A DNA stretch of 64,000 nt from Octopus sinensis (Eukaryota). The translations under genes were made by a program, and so were the position numbers. The notes below the pieces were generated by a model, which worked only from the letters and a program-made list of their open reading frames with translations, had not been told where the DNA came from and made no database searches. Positions 36,986 to 50,230 of this stretch are shown in pieces (the first letter of the stretch is position 1; every line of letters begins with the position of its first letter). The DNA lies in the NCBI RefSeq assembly GCF_006345805.1, contig NC_043003.1:48236001-48300000 (forward strand). The letters run 5' to 3'.

Positions 36986-38070
36986 GTGTATTGTTGGTGT
37001 TAGAATTGTGGAATAGACAGTAGAAGTATATGTCGGTGGTCATGGGCTGTGCATTTGAGTTAGACATGATCTACTCTTTTACTCTTTTATTTGTTTCAGT
37101 CATTTGACCGTAGCCATGCTAGAGCACCACCTTTGGTTGAACTAATTGACCTCAAGACTTATTCTTTGTAAGCCTAGTACTTATTCTATCGGTCTCTTTT
37201 GCTGAACCACTAAGTTATGGGGACATAAGCAAACCAGCATTGGTTGTCAAGTGACAGTGGATGGGAGTGTGACAAACACAGACTCAAACAAATACACACA
37301 CACACACATACACACATACACACACACACACACAGATATACAACAGGCTTCTTCCAGTTTCTATCTACCAAATCCAGTCACAAGGCTTGGGTTGGTCTGA
37401 GCCTATAGCAGAAGACACTTGCACAAGGTGCCACACAGTGGGACTGAACCCAGAACCATGTGGTTGGTAAGCAAGCTACTTACTACACAGCCGCTACTGC
37501 ACCTATAGCCACTCCTGTATGACTATATTCTATCTTTTACTTGTTTCAGTTGTTAGACTGTGGCCATACTGGGGCACCGCCTTGATAAATTTCAGTCCTT
37601 TTATTTTTATTTATTTATTCATTGTAAATCTGGTATTTATTCTGTTGGGTTCTTATACCAAACTGCTAAATTGCGAAGTACATAAATACACCAACACTGG
37701 TTGTCAAGCTGTAATGAGGGACAAACAGATACACAAAAATGTCCATGCGTGCGTGCGCACAAACACACACACACATACATACATACATACATATATGACA
37801 AGCTTTTTTCAGTTTCCATCTACCAAATCCCTTCACAAGGTTTTGGTTGACTTGAGGCTAAAGTAGAAGACACTTGTCCAAGATACCATGAAGTGGGACT
37901 GAACTCAGAACTATCTGATTGGGAAGCAGACTTCTTACCAAACAGCCACTCCTATGCCTATGACCATGTTGACAGTGTATAGACAGTATGGCCAATGAAC
38001 TTGATGTGAATATACAGACTAATCAAGCTGATTTGTGATCAAAGTCAATACAGCCATGCCCATTCCATCT

Positions 38071-38878
38071 GGATTTCTTCAGTTTTGCTCACAGATTTTT
38101 AAATTATTGTTTTTTAAACTAAGCAGTTTGAAACTTCATATACTGGTGTAATTTCTCACACTGAACATGGTTTACTGTCAACATTTTTGACAAAATTTCG
38201 TATTTTAGAAGTTAATGTGTGTTTTTATTTTAGAAGTTTTTTGTTTTATTTTGTGTTTGTGTTTAAGAAGTTATTTTGTATTGGGTGTTTTAGGAGTTAT
38301 TTTGTATTTGGGTGATTTTAACCAATCAACGTGTATTCAGCTGAAGAAAGCTACTGCTGTATGCGATAGTAATGAAAGAGCAACAACTTCTGGGTCATCT
38401 CTACTAAATGTCACCATTCTGTTCTATTTTATTTTTTATTGCTTGTGTTGCATATTACATAATTTTGGGGGGGGCTTTTCAATCGCCTCTTTGTACAAGT
38501 GGTGAAAATGCAAATGTACAAAGAGGCGATTGAAAAGCAAACAAAAAAAAAAGCGTGTAATATGCAACACAGGCAGTGAACAAAAGTAAAATAGATCAAA
38601 CAGAATGGTGACATTTAGTAGAGATGACCCAGAAGTTGTCGCTCTTCTATTATTATCGCATACAGTAGTAGCTTTCTTCAGCTGAATACATGTTGTTGGT
38701 TGGTTAAAATTACCCAAATATGACAACTTTAACACAAAATAACTTCTAAAATACGAAATTTTGTCAAAGATGTTGAAAGTAAACCATGTTCAGCATGAGA
38801 AATTGCACCAGTATATGGAGTTTCAAACTGTTTAGTTAAAAAAAATAAATAAATCTGTGAGTGAAATTGAAGAGGTCC
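38071..38878. mobile_element. 808-bp fold-back (palindromic) element, Merlin-like ends
   Basis: Arms 38071-38497 and 38515-38878 are complementary around a 17-nt loop. GG...CC termini. Perfect 8-bp TSD TTCCATCT (38063-70, 38879-86). Confidence 0.92.
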
Positions 38879-38949
38879 TTCCATCTTATTGAGAACTGAT
38901 ATAGAGCTCTTGTTTTCAGCCTATATTTGGAGACACAATCAAATACTCT

Positions 38950-39480
38950 AAGCAACTAGTGGAGGTTAGTTTCAATATCATGCAAATGAGGAAAAATTAT
39001 GGACCACAATGTGCAAAAAGTATTAATTTTAGGAAGGCAGGACAAAAGAAAAGAGATAGGAAGAGTGTTGTCTCTCTTAGTGTTTGTGTTATGATAGCAG
39101 TGGAAGCTGACCAGCTAGTGTTACTGGATGAGAAAAGGAAGCAGACAATGCTAACAGAAGTGGTTGACATGACTTTGAAATCTGATCTGGTTCTTGTGTC
39201 TATGTAGGCATGTTTTGCAGTTATCGTGAAAATGACTGTTCCATAGGATGACATAGGAAGCAAAAGAGAGAACAAAATAACAACAAAAATATCAGGAAAG
39301 TATGCAGATTTGTTGGAAGAATACAAAGGAAATGGGTGGAGGGAAGAGCTGAAGACAGTGAAGGTTGGGTGCAGAAGAATTTTAGGCCTTTCTGTTAGGA
39401 CATGGATTGAGGTTTGGATGTGAGTAGATGTGAGGATGGGTGGATTAGGTAAATTTGTGGGTATCAGTGGTGGTTGTTTG
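38950..39480 (+). mobile_element. HERO-like RLE non-LTR retrotransposon 3' relic
   Basis: Translation fragments INFRKAG...TLKSDLVLVS...VIVKMTVP*D...KYADLLEEYKGNGWR...TVKVGCR match the PD..ELT.PWE / K..KY / VEVG pattern of restriction-like endonucleases. Confidence 0.6.
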
Positions 39481-40599
39481 TTGTTGGACAGTGCAGAAGT
39501 TAACAAACAACACTGAAGGAGATATTGAGTAGGTCACTGAAATGCAGTAGCAGCTAACCAGTGAGAGATGTACAGTACTAAATGGGCAAAACTTTGATGA
39601 GGTTTGGTGTAGTGCTGATGATCATCTGATGTTTGCAGTTTAGGGCTTCACTAGTGAATTTAATATTGAAGGTATTAGAATGCTGTTTGAGACAGATTTG
39701 GCTCACTTAAATACCTTTAGATTTCTTATATGACTTAGATATTGGCAATAGGAAGGACATCCAGCCATAGAAAATGTGCCTCAACAAATTCCATCTGATT
39801 CATGTGAGCATGGAAAAGTAAATGTTAAATTAGTAATATAATAATCAGAGAGTAGAGGAAATGTGTGCTATGACCCTTTTCAGAAGTCATGCTATTTAAA
39901 AGGTACCCACTCCCACCAGGAGTTTGATAAAACATGCATGTTCAAAAAGGGGAAAATATTCTGGAGAAGAAAGCTCGTCCATTGGATCTCATAATAAAAA
40001 TAAAGCAAGTAAACAGTCATGTTTGTGGGGTTATGAAGTTTGCTTCACAACCACAAGGTTCAGAGTTTGATCTTAATCTGGACACAAACATGACTGGGGT
40101 TAAGAAGCTTTTTTTACAACATCTAGTTCAAATATAGCTTCAGGTTAACTCTTATACTTTTAAGTGGAATCTGGTAGATGGAAGTTGTGTGGAAGCCTGT
40201 TGTGTATATACTTTGTAGGTTTTAATGTCTATTTTTCCATTCCATGCAAAAAGTATCCAGTCCACACTGTAAAGTGGTTGGTATCTGGAAGGGCATCCAG
40301 CTGTAAAACCATGCCAAAACTGACCTCACTTGTGCTTGTACTACGAAAAAGCACTCTGTCCACTTGGCTGGGTGGTTGGTGTTAGGAAGGGCAGCTCCTG
40401 TTAAACCATCCGACCCATGCAAGAATGGAAGGCGAATGTTAAACAATGATGATATTCACGTTAAACAATGATGATGCTGGAATCGAAATAACTGAGGTAT
40501 TGTTTTACAGTTGGGTGTTCTTCCTGTTGCTAAATCTTACCTGTTTTTCAAGTGAGGGAGTTTTTATGCTATTTGTTTTGCTAGGTGAATGAATGGTTT

Positions 40600-41215
40600 A
40601 TTGATAGAATTGTCAACAAACATCACTGTTTTTAGCTTAATGCCTTTCATGAGTGGTAAGGAATGTAAACATACACACAGAAAACTTTTGGGCCAGGGCC
40701 CATGGAAAAGTTTCCAGAAATCCCTAACCTGGCATTACCAATTTGAGATAAATTCTAAGACAACTAAAGGGTCTGTAGAGCTGAGCATGTCTAAAGTATA
40801 TGTAGAGCAATGAAACTATTCTGTACACATTTGTCCAGTGTCCAAGCATTGCTGACTGGTGGAGTTTTGTCAAACACCTGTAGTCTGTCATATGTGGAAT
40901 GGATTTGTCTATCAGCTGAGACCACCGTGAAGATTGTCTCTCCACCTTCATTTAACTGAGAAAAGCAGGCAGTCTTTGTCTGGTGGCTTTAGTGTGAGAG
41001 ATTGAGTATGGATGGTACTAAAAATGGTGAAGGCACACACCTTCCTCCTTAGTCAAACCTTCATCAACTTGTTCATGTTACTCTTGAAAAAGAAAGTGAG
41101 GATGGAGAGAGAAGTACTGCCTCCCAACAAATTTGTTGAAAGGTAGATGAGAGCAGTAAACCTGGTCCAAGTGAATGGGTCCATTCTGAGCATACATCTT
41201 CAGATTAGAGGATAA
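40600..41215 (+). mobile_element. Tx1/L1-like LINE 3' fragment
   Basis: GPGP..FQKSLTWH...ETILYTFVQCPSIADWW; homologous to 24870-25500. Confidence 0.65.
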
Positions 41216-42399
41216 TTGGGAGAGGACATTCACCTTAGTTTCCTTTTGAGGACATTCACCAATGTTTCCTTTTGAGGAATTCTTTGTTTCTGTTATTTTT
41301 TTACTTTTTACCTGCTTTTTCGTTACTGACCTCAATGTTTTTGTCAACTTTTGGTGATTAATAATGAAAACATTATTACTATTATGAAGGTGGTGAGCTT
41401 GCAGAATCACTAGTATGCTAGACAAAATACTTCATAGCTTCTCTTCCAGCTTTATGTTTTGAGTTCAAGTTCTGCTGCAGTTGATTTTGCTTCTCATCCT
41501 TTCATGGTCAATTAAAGAAGTACCAGTTGAGTGCTGGAGTTGATATAATTGACTAGTCCCCTCCCTGAAAATTTCAGGCCTTGTGCTTATAGTAGAAAGG
41601 ATCATCATAATCATCGTTATTATTATTATTATTGTTGTTGTTCTTATTATCAATAGTGGTTGAAAGCAGAATCAGTAGAACAATTAACCAAATGCTATAC
41701 TGTATTTTGTTACAGAAGTGAATTTAATTACCTTTTTGTACGTTTTGATTTTGAATCTTGCAGTTGTAGACTTTACTTATCGTTTTTCTGATGTCAATAA
41801 AATAAGTACCAATAAAATGATGAGGTCAATATAATCAACTGGTACACAGATAGTGCAGCTGTGACTGCACTTCCTGCAAAGTATTCCTAGACAGTAAACA
41901 GATGTGGGTAGTATTCAATAAATAACTTTTTTTTAACAGTTTATCACTTTGACAGAGCTGCAGGCCTGAGTGAAGCAAAAACCAAGACCAGGTGCCTAGC
42001 ATCTAGAATGTTGTTAGGTGGTCTACTAGTCAGGAAACAGGATTGGTAGATGTGCTACTCTTTACTCTTTTACTTGTTTCAATCATTTGACTGCGACCAT
42101 GCTGGAGCACCGCCTTTAGTCAAGCAAATCAACCCCAGGACTTATTCTTTGTAAGCCTAGTTCTTATTCTATCGGTCTCTTTTGCTGAACCGCTAAGTTA
42201 TGGGGGCATAAACACACCAGCATCGGTTGTCAAGCAATGTTGGGGGCGACAAACACAGATACAGACACACACACACACAAATATATACGATGGGCTTCTT
42301 TCAGTTTCTGTCTACCAAATCCACTCGCAAGGCTTTGGTCGGCCCAAGGCTATAGTAGAAGACACTTGCCCAAGGTGCCTGTCTTTTGAGCATTAGTGG

Positions 42400-42800
42400 C
42401 AAAGAGTGACAACATTCTCAGGAAAATTCTGGACATTGATGAAAATGACCTAGCTAGTATGTTCCAAAGAACTTTTAGATCGGGATCTAATATGAATAAT
42501 TTTCAGAAGGCCTTGACCTGGCAGTACTATGAGAAATGCTACTAGTTTATGGTACACTACACAGGCATTGAAGCCATATGGGCTTATCCAAGATGCATAC
42601 AGGGCAATGAAACTGTTCTACATGCACTTGTTCAGTGTTCAGGCATTGCTATGTCAAACAGCTACTGTTGCTTATAGGATGGATCCAGATGTCCACTGAG
42701 TTCATCTCGATAATTGCTCTGTTGACATCCTTTAACTAGGCAGAAAAGGCAGTTCTGTCTAGTGGCTATAACCAGAGAAGTTGTACGGTGAGATATGAAG
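42400..42800 (+). mobile_element. Tx1/L1-like LINE 3' fragment
   Basis: ILRKILDIDENDLASMFQRTF...QKALTW...GNETVLHALVQC. Confidence 0.6.
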
Positions 42801-45789
42801 ACAAACTTTCCTCTTTTGTAGAGCCCTTATCAACTTTTACAAGTTTTTCTTTAAAGATATGTGGGTGTGAAGAGAGAGATGCTGTCATTGAGTGAACTTA
42901 TTGAAATGTGAGTGAGAACAGTGGAAATAGCAAGAATGGATGAGACTAATTAAAGCAAAAGTCTGTAAGTTAAAGAACAACCATTAGAGAGGGCACTTGC
43001 TCTTGATGTTCAAGGTTTTGGGTTGTGGGGTTCTTTGACTAGCCCTAGAGGTCCTTCTGTGCCAGGAAGATATCATCATCATCTGTTATTATAATACTGT
43101 ATACCATGTATACATCTATTTTAATCATTCAGTTTTATACAAATCCCAACACATTATATCTGTCTTTGTATCATTCCCATCATCCCTGGTGGCAAATAAA
43201 CAGCTAAAAGAAATCATTATTATTATTATCATTATTATTATTATTATTATTATTGAAGGTAGTGAGCTGGCAGAATCATTACCATTATGGACAAAATACT
43301 TAGTGACATTCTTCTGGGTCTTTACACTCTTGAGTTCAAATCCTGCCAAAATGAATTTTGGCTTTCGTCCTTTTCAGTTGATAAAATAAAATATCAGTCA
43401 AGTACTGGGGTTAATATAATTGACTAACCTCATCCCCTAAAATGGCTGGCCTTATGCCAAAATTTGAAACAATTATAATTGGAGTAGTGAATTAGCAGAG
43501 TTATTAGAAAATCAGGAAAAATGCCTTAAGGTATTTGTCTTGGGTTTTTGTCTTCTGAATTTGAATCCTTCCACGGACAACTTTGACTTTCATCCCTTCA
43601 GGATTGATAAAATCAAATACCTGTCAAGTACTAGGATCATTGATATCAACTAAACTACTACCTTAAAAATGTGGGTTAGAGTATTAGACAACATTCCTTG
43701 TATTTATTTACAGCTCTTACTGTTATGAGATCGAATCTCACCTCGGTCAATAATCTCAATATGATGTTGTCTTAGACACATTATATCTAAAAACAAAAGA
43801 CTAGATGGTAATGGTTATGTAGCCTTAATCATGTGTCTTATCAATCACGCTTGTCCTGTGGCTAAACAACAATTTTTCACATACTCTACCCTCATACTCT
43901 TACTACCTTAAAAAGCTGAATATACTGGATAATGAAGTCTTCATACACTGTTTAACTAAAAGACAGTTAGGATGGGCAGACCTATAAGCACAGTTATTGC
44001 AGGTGTGATCATCTCTCATTTTTTTTAAAATTAAATTTTTACCTTGTATAGTGTATCTACTGCACTGGTTGTACATTAATCACAGCTTGACTTTGATTAA
44101 AAGATATGATCAAAAACACAGCAATCGTGATAATCTTAACTGTTTGTTTTCTAAGGTTTCCTTGGATAGTATTACTAAAAGTGCCCACTTTTTAAATAAA
44201 GATAGTTGGGTGTGTTGGAAGAGTATTTTTATCTATTTCTCATCTGAAACAATATCCCTTGTGTATTGTTCATCTCTGACCTACCTATTTATTGGTCTGG
44301 AAATGGATATTTGATCTCTCTTAATAACATGACTGAATGATGTCAGACCTTTGAACAAAATGCTTTGTATTATTTAAGCATAGTAAAGTAGTGAGCTGGG
44401 AGAAACGTTAGCATGCCAGACAAAATACTTTGTGGCATTTTTTCTGCCTTTACATTCTGAATTCAAATTGTACTGAAGTCAACCTTGCCTTTCATCCTTT
44501 TGAGGTCAATAATATAAGTACCAGCTGAGCACTGGGCTCATTGTAATCAACTTATCCCCCGCCCTTGAAATTGCTGGCCTTGTACCAAAATTTGAAATCA
44601 ATATTTGCTCCAGTTAATGTGGCGAGCTGGCAGAAATATTAGCACGCCAGGCGAAATGCTTAGCGGTATTTCGTCTGTCTTTACATTCTGAGTTCTAATT
44701 CCGCTGAGGTCAACTTTGCCTTTCATCCTTTCGGGGTTGATAAATTAAGTACCAGTTACACACTGGTGTCGATGTAATCGACTTAATCCCTTTGTCTGTC
44801 CTTGTTTGTCCCCTCTGTTTAGCCCCTTGTGGGCAATAAAGAAATGAGAAACATTAGCATGTGAAATGCTTTGGTCGTCAAGCAATGATGGGAGGATTAA
44901 TACAGACACACACACACACACACATATACATATATATATATATATATATATACGATGGGCTTCTTTCAGTTTCCATCTAACAAATCCACGCACAAAGCTT
45001 TGGTTAGCCTGAGGCTATAGTAGGAGAGACTTGTCCAAGGTGCTACACAGTGGGACTGAATCTAGAACCATGTGGTCGGTAAGCAAGTTACTTACCACAC
45101 AGCCACTCCTGCACCTATGCAGCCATTCCTGCGGCTCTTTACATTCTAAGTTCAAATCTCACTGAGGTCAACTTCACCTTTCATCCTTTCAGGGTTGATA
45201 AAGTATCAGTGAAGTACTAGGCCTGGTGTTATCAACTAACTACTTCTTCTAAATTCCAAGGCTTATAGCTATACTGGAGACAATTATTAGGGCATTGGAT
45301 GCGCAAAATTGGTGGAACACTGGACAGGAATGTCTTCAGGTTTTTTTTTTTTTTTTTGTCTGGTTTGAACTATAAAACATTTTGAGAAAATGAACACTAG
45401 TCAAGTACTTAGGTCAATTTAATCAATTGAAAGTAGTGACCTTGTGTTTATGTTGCAGACCATTATTATTATTATTGTTATCATATGTTTGACTTTTGCT
45501 TTGTATTTGTACAAGTTGACTCCAAATCTCACCTAGAAACCTCAAGAGACAACAAGTTAGAAGTTCAAGTTGGTGTTATTATTATTATTATTTAAGGCAG
45601 TGAGCTAGCTGAATCATTAGCATGCCAGGCAAAGTGCTAAGTGCCATTTTGTCTGTCTTTGCGTTCTGAGTTCAAATCTGCCTTTCATCCTTTTAGGGTT
45701 GATGAAATAAGTACCAGTTGAGCATTGGGGTTGATGTAATCAACTAGTCCCCTCCCGCAAAATTTCAGGCCTTGTGCCTTTAGTAGAAA

Positions 45790-45821
<32 letters not shown>

Positions 45822-45832
45822 TAATAACAACA

Positions 45833-46170
45833 ACAAGAGCACTCAGCGAGTGCAAACCTCTGCCAAGGTAACACCAACATCCTCTCAACGATTAGCCAGA
45901 AATGATTTTTTAAATGAGAATATCTGAAATAAACTTGACTGCTCTCACAAATGAGAATACTAAAAATGAACCCAACTCTCTCAAAAATTAAGTAAAAGAA
46001 CAGAAAATATTATCCAGAATCCTTCTCTGGTACCAGATCGATCCCAAAATCTAATCAATTTGTGCCAGTCTCAAGACCAAACATCCCTGGAAGTTTCATC
46101 CGAATCCATCAGGTGGTTCTTGAGATATCTGGTCCACAGACAAACAAGCATGACTGAAAACAATACCTTT
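45833..46170 (+). repeat. Unclassified non-autonomous element
   Basis: AACAAGAGCACTCAGCGAGTGCAAACCTCTGCCAAGG...GATCCCAAAATCTAATCAAT...CAGACAAACAAG; sits between (AAT)n and (TTA)n; its start is shared with 2056. Confidence 0.55.
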
Positions 46171-46229
46171 GCTTTTGCTAAATTATTGTTGTTATTATTA
46201 TTATTATTATTATATTATTATTATTATTA

Positions 46230-46276
<47 letters not shown>

Positions 46277-46403
46277 GTAAGAAAACTCACAGCCAGTGAC
46301 ACATAAGAGTACCTCTTATGTGTCACTGGCACAGGTGCCTCTTACATGTCACAGGAATTATATAAATAATGTACATAATTCCTCATCGCTTAAATATAGT
46401 ACT

Positions 46404-46439
<36 letters not shown>

Positions 46440-46441
<2 letters not shown>

Positions 46442-47340
46442 TGATGAAAATTCTCAGCTTATTTTGCTGGGTATGATGGAAAGTGTCAGTTGTCCACAGC
46501 CAGCAGTCTAAGGTGACATTTATTTACTGGTCATGCTTCAAGAGCCCTATGAAGAATTCTTGCAGTTCCAAGCAATGTTGATTTTTGTAGGTGTTCTACC
46601 TTCACACTTGTACCAATCTTTTTTGGTCCCGTTGGTAGTTGAGTGCTGATACTTCCAAGTGCACCAATTACTATTGGTATCACGTCTAATCTCTTCATTG
46701 ACAACAACCTTCATATTTCTCACTCCAAATCATCATAGTTGTTTATTTTTTCTTTCTTTAAAGTTGATCCTGTTGTCACCAGGGCATGTTATGTCGATTA
46801 TCATACATGTTCTTTCTTTTTTTATTCTCCACATCAATATCCAGTTTCTGATGTCTGGTCTGGTGATTGCACTGGATCATTACATCTCACAGGATTTTGC
46901 AATTCTCATTTTCGGTGACTCCTTCTGCAGTTTCCTCATACCATGCCTTGGCTCTTTGTAGGCTGTGATTTCCACAAAACTCTCAATGGATCATTCTTGT
47001 CACATTGTCATGGTGGTTTTTTGTATTTGCATTGTACCAATTTCAGGCATTTGCTAACGATGTGCCATACCGTTTGACCCCTCTCACCACACATTCTGCA
47101 TTTGTCACTATTGGTAGTGTTGCCTATTCTGCACTTCATATAGTTGGTCCTTAATGCTTGTTCATGAGCTGCACATATGAGTACTTGTTTCTTTATCTTC
47201 AGGTCACTCCTCCTCATCCATAGCTACTGGTCCTCTGCATTTGTCTTAATGTTCACATCTCTTGCAAACTGACCGTACATTTTCTTTTCCTTCTATGCTT
47301 TTTCTTTTTTGTTCATTTCTTGTTTAAATTTTTTTTCTGT
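46440..47340 (-). mobile_element. R4/Dong-like RLE LINE 3' fragment
   Basis: Minus strand QALRTNY...CRMCGERGQTVWHIVSKC (CCHC knuckle)...HDNV...KIL*D..IQC. Flanked on both sides by (TTA)n. Confidence 0.75.
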
Positions 47341-47365
47341 TCATATTATTATTATTATTATTATT

Positions 47366-47883
47366 CATGTACTCACAACAGATTAGACAGTTGGAAAAGA
47401 AAAATTCCTAACATTGGGCAACAGCAAATAACCTTACATGCCAAGAACCCTCCTAAATATCCTACCTGTCCCTAATAACACTGTTTTCTGGAACTGTACT
47501 AAACTGGGTTTTATGCCTATTTCCTCTCTCCATCTGTTCAAATCTTTAGGGATAGTGTCTAATGCACCTATAACTGCTGGGATACATTTTACCTGCACTT
47601 TCCACAGTCTCTGTAACTCTATGGCTAGGTCCTGATACTTTGCTAATTTCACTATACCTCTCATATTGATTTTCTCATCATTTGGGTCTGTAAAGTCAAT
47701 TATCTGGCACTTTCTATTCTCTTTACCTACTACTAAATATTCCATGTAATGTTGATTTTTGTAAGTGCTCTACCTTTACATTTGTACCAATCTTATTCAG
47801 CCATATTAATAGTTGAGTGCTGATACTTCCAAGTGCACCAATTACTAATTGTATCATATCCACTCTCTTCATTGCCCACAACC
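47366..47883 (-). mobile_element. Two further R4/Dong-like RLE LINE 3' fragments
   Basis: CQIIDF.DPND...KLAKYQDLAIELQRLWKV...VIGALDTIPK...QKTVLLGTGRIFRRVLG (47434-47745). 47746-47883 closely matches 46560-46710. Confidence 0.75.
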
Positions 47884-48070
47884 TTCTTCTTCTTCTTCTT
47901 CTTCTTCTTCTTCTTCTTCTTCTTCTTCTTCTTCTTCTTCTTCTTCTTCTTCTTCTTCTTCTTCTTCTTCTTCTTCTTCTCCTTCTTCTTCTTCTTCTTC
48001 TTCTTCTTCTTCTTCTTCTCCTTCTTCTTCTCTTCTTCTTCTTCTTCTTCTTCTCTTCTTCTTCTTCTTC
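47884..48070. repeat. (TTC)n microsatellite, about 60 units
   Basis: Nearly pure TTC with a few CTC interruptions. Confidence 0.98.
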
Positions 48071-48532
48071 AGCAACAATAACATATTGCCAAAGAATGTG
48101 TATTTTTACACATATTTGTGTTACATTCCAAGAGATAACAATCATTAATTCTCCCCAGCCTCCATTATTCAACTCTGGTTAGGTCTTTTATATACAAAAA
48201 AAAATTGTTTTGTTTTGTACTTGTTGAAATATGAAATTTATTTAGCAAGTGAGAAACGTTAACCTTCCCTCCCAAACAATAACAGATGTTATCATCAATC
48301 ATCTTTAGCCTGTCTGGCCATGGTTGGATCTGCAATAGAGAATTTCAAAACTATTCATTTTTCATATCATATGATCTGATTTCACCAATTCTCTTTCACA
48401 CAGTTACCCCTAGCAAAAGCACACAGCACATTCTTGCCCAACTCTCATCATCCTTTCAAGTTATACATTTATATCTACAGAGAACAGTTACCTCTTCAAC
48501 ATATTTCAGCTGATGATACCTTTAACTCTTTA

Positions 48533-48650
48533 TGGGGTCGATAAATAAAGTACCAGTTTTGCACTGGGGTCGATGTAATTGACTTGACCCTTTGTCTGTC
48601 CTTGTTTGTCCCCTCTATGTTTAGCCCTTTGTGGGCAGTAAAGAAAAATA
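48533..48650 (+). mobile_element. 5'-truncated SINE family B with 18-bp TSD
   Basis: GATACCTTTAACTCTTTA at both 48515-48532 and 48651-48668. Confidence 0.9.
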
Positions 48651-49124
48651 GATACCTTTAACTCTTTAGCATTTAGATTTCTTTGTCAAATCATCATTTA
48701 ATATCTGTTGTCTATGCTGGCATGAGTTGGAGGTTTTGACCAGGGCTGGTAAGCTGAGGGGTTGCATCAGGCTCCAGTCTGATTTGGCATGGTTTCTGTG
48801 GCTTGATGCCCTTCCTAACACCAACCACTCTGAGAGTGTAAGCTTATTTATGTATACTTATCCATGTAATACTTATTTATTCACATTGATGTGAATTAGC
48901 CGTACCTTACCCTGTAACTTTGAGATTTCAATGATGTGTTTGTTTACTTTTAGAATAATATTGTAGTGTAAGTGTGAGAGGCCAGATCTGGCCAGTCTGA
49001 AGATAAAACAGGTAGATTATTGTGTCCAGATATGGCCGATTTAAATGATAAAGGGTTAATAACCAACCCCTCAGCTTGCATGTGTTCTGCTTCTCATGCA
49101 AGTCAACATTACTTACTCAATGGA

Positions 49125-49395
49125 TCACACTCACCATATTTTTAGCCAGTCTCAGCAGATTTTCCTTGGTCAGTGCCTATGTTTCATCATCATACCTTTC
49201 TACACATACTTCATGAAGTCTACTTTTGAATTAAGAGGGGAACCTTTCTCAACATCGGGGGCAACAACTCTCTGAATTGCTTTCACCTTTTTGCACAGTA
49301 GCCAATTTACATTGCAACCAAGTCTTGAGCTAATAAACACAAACTAATTCCTATATCTAGCTAGATGTCTGAGCAAATTCTTTACTTCATTTCAT
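49125..49395 (-). mobile_element. Old RTE LINE fragment
   Basis: Minus strand resembles FRELLP...DETWALT.ENLLRL, the post-RT region of the RTE at 59-62 kb. Confidence 0.45.
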
Positions 49396-50035
49396 AGGTA
49401 CTTCTATTTTTGAGGATACTTGTAAAATTGATTCTCTATATTTCGTTTTTGCATTTGGTTTGCAAGATTGTTTATATGAGTTTGTGTGATGAAGCATATT
49501 CTGTTGTGTCTGGGGAGAGTAGTTTTCTTTTTGTGCCTTCTATAAGCTTATTAGAGATCTCACTGTGTTTTTTGTCATTGTTGTTGATGTTGTTTAGCTC
49601 CTGTTGAACTGTGAATGAACAGACATATGATCAAAGACATTGCAGCCTAGACTATCCCACATTTTATCTAGGACTACCTTATCTGATGTGAGCTTCTTTT
49701 TCAAGATGGTACGGTATGATTTGTGGGAGAGTTGACTACAACTTCTAGCAGATCAAACAACCATATAGCAGCTCCCTTGCGGGCTCTTTCACTGAGTATG
49801 CTATACCTGGTTCCTGTTCACTCCCTTCCTACAACTATGACACTGGAATTTCATATTCCCTCTTATTAACAAACACTTTAACTTTTGTCATGATGACCTT
49901 TAGTTCATTGGCCCATAGATAATATGTAACACCTGCAACCTTCACACATATGTACATACATATGTACATAAGTATATATATCTCATATACATACATATAT
50001 CATATCCATACATCATATTGTTTATAAATAACATG

Positions 50036-50230
50036 CTGTATTTTCTGGCATATAAATCAATATAGTATTTAGTGTAAGTATTCAAATATTGTCACTATCT
50101 TTCCAAATCCTGTTCTATTTCACATGAAATTTTTGGTCCTCCAAAGTTGTCTTGGTATATAAGTTGACCTACCTCGTTTTGGATATAAATTTTGGCCTGA
50201 AAAATTCAACTTGTATGCCAGAAAATATGG
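50036..50230. mobile_element. pogo/Tigger-like MITE
   Basis: 20-bp TIRs CTGTATTTTCTGGCATATAA / TTGTATGCCAGAAAATATGG. Confidence 0.65.

Noticed and set aside
47723-48172. Poly-Arg/Leu/Ser/Phe/Glu ORFs as real proteins
   Set aside because: These are translations of the (TTC)n tract.
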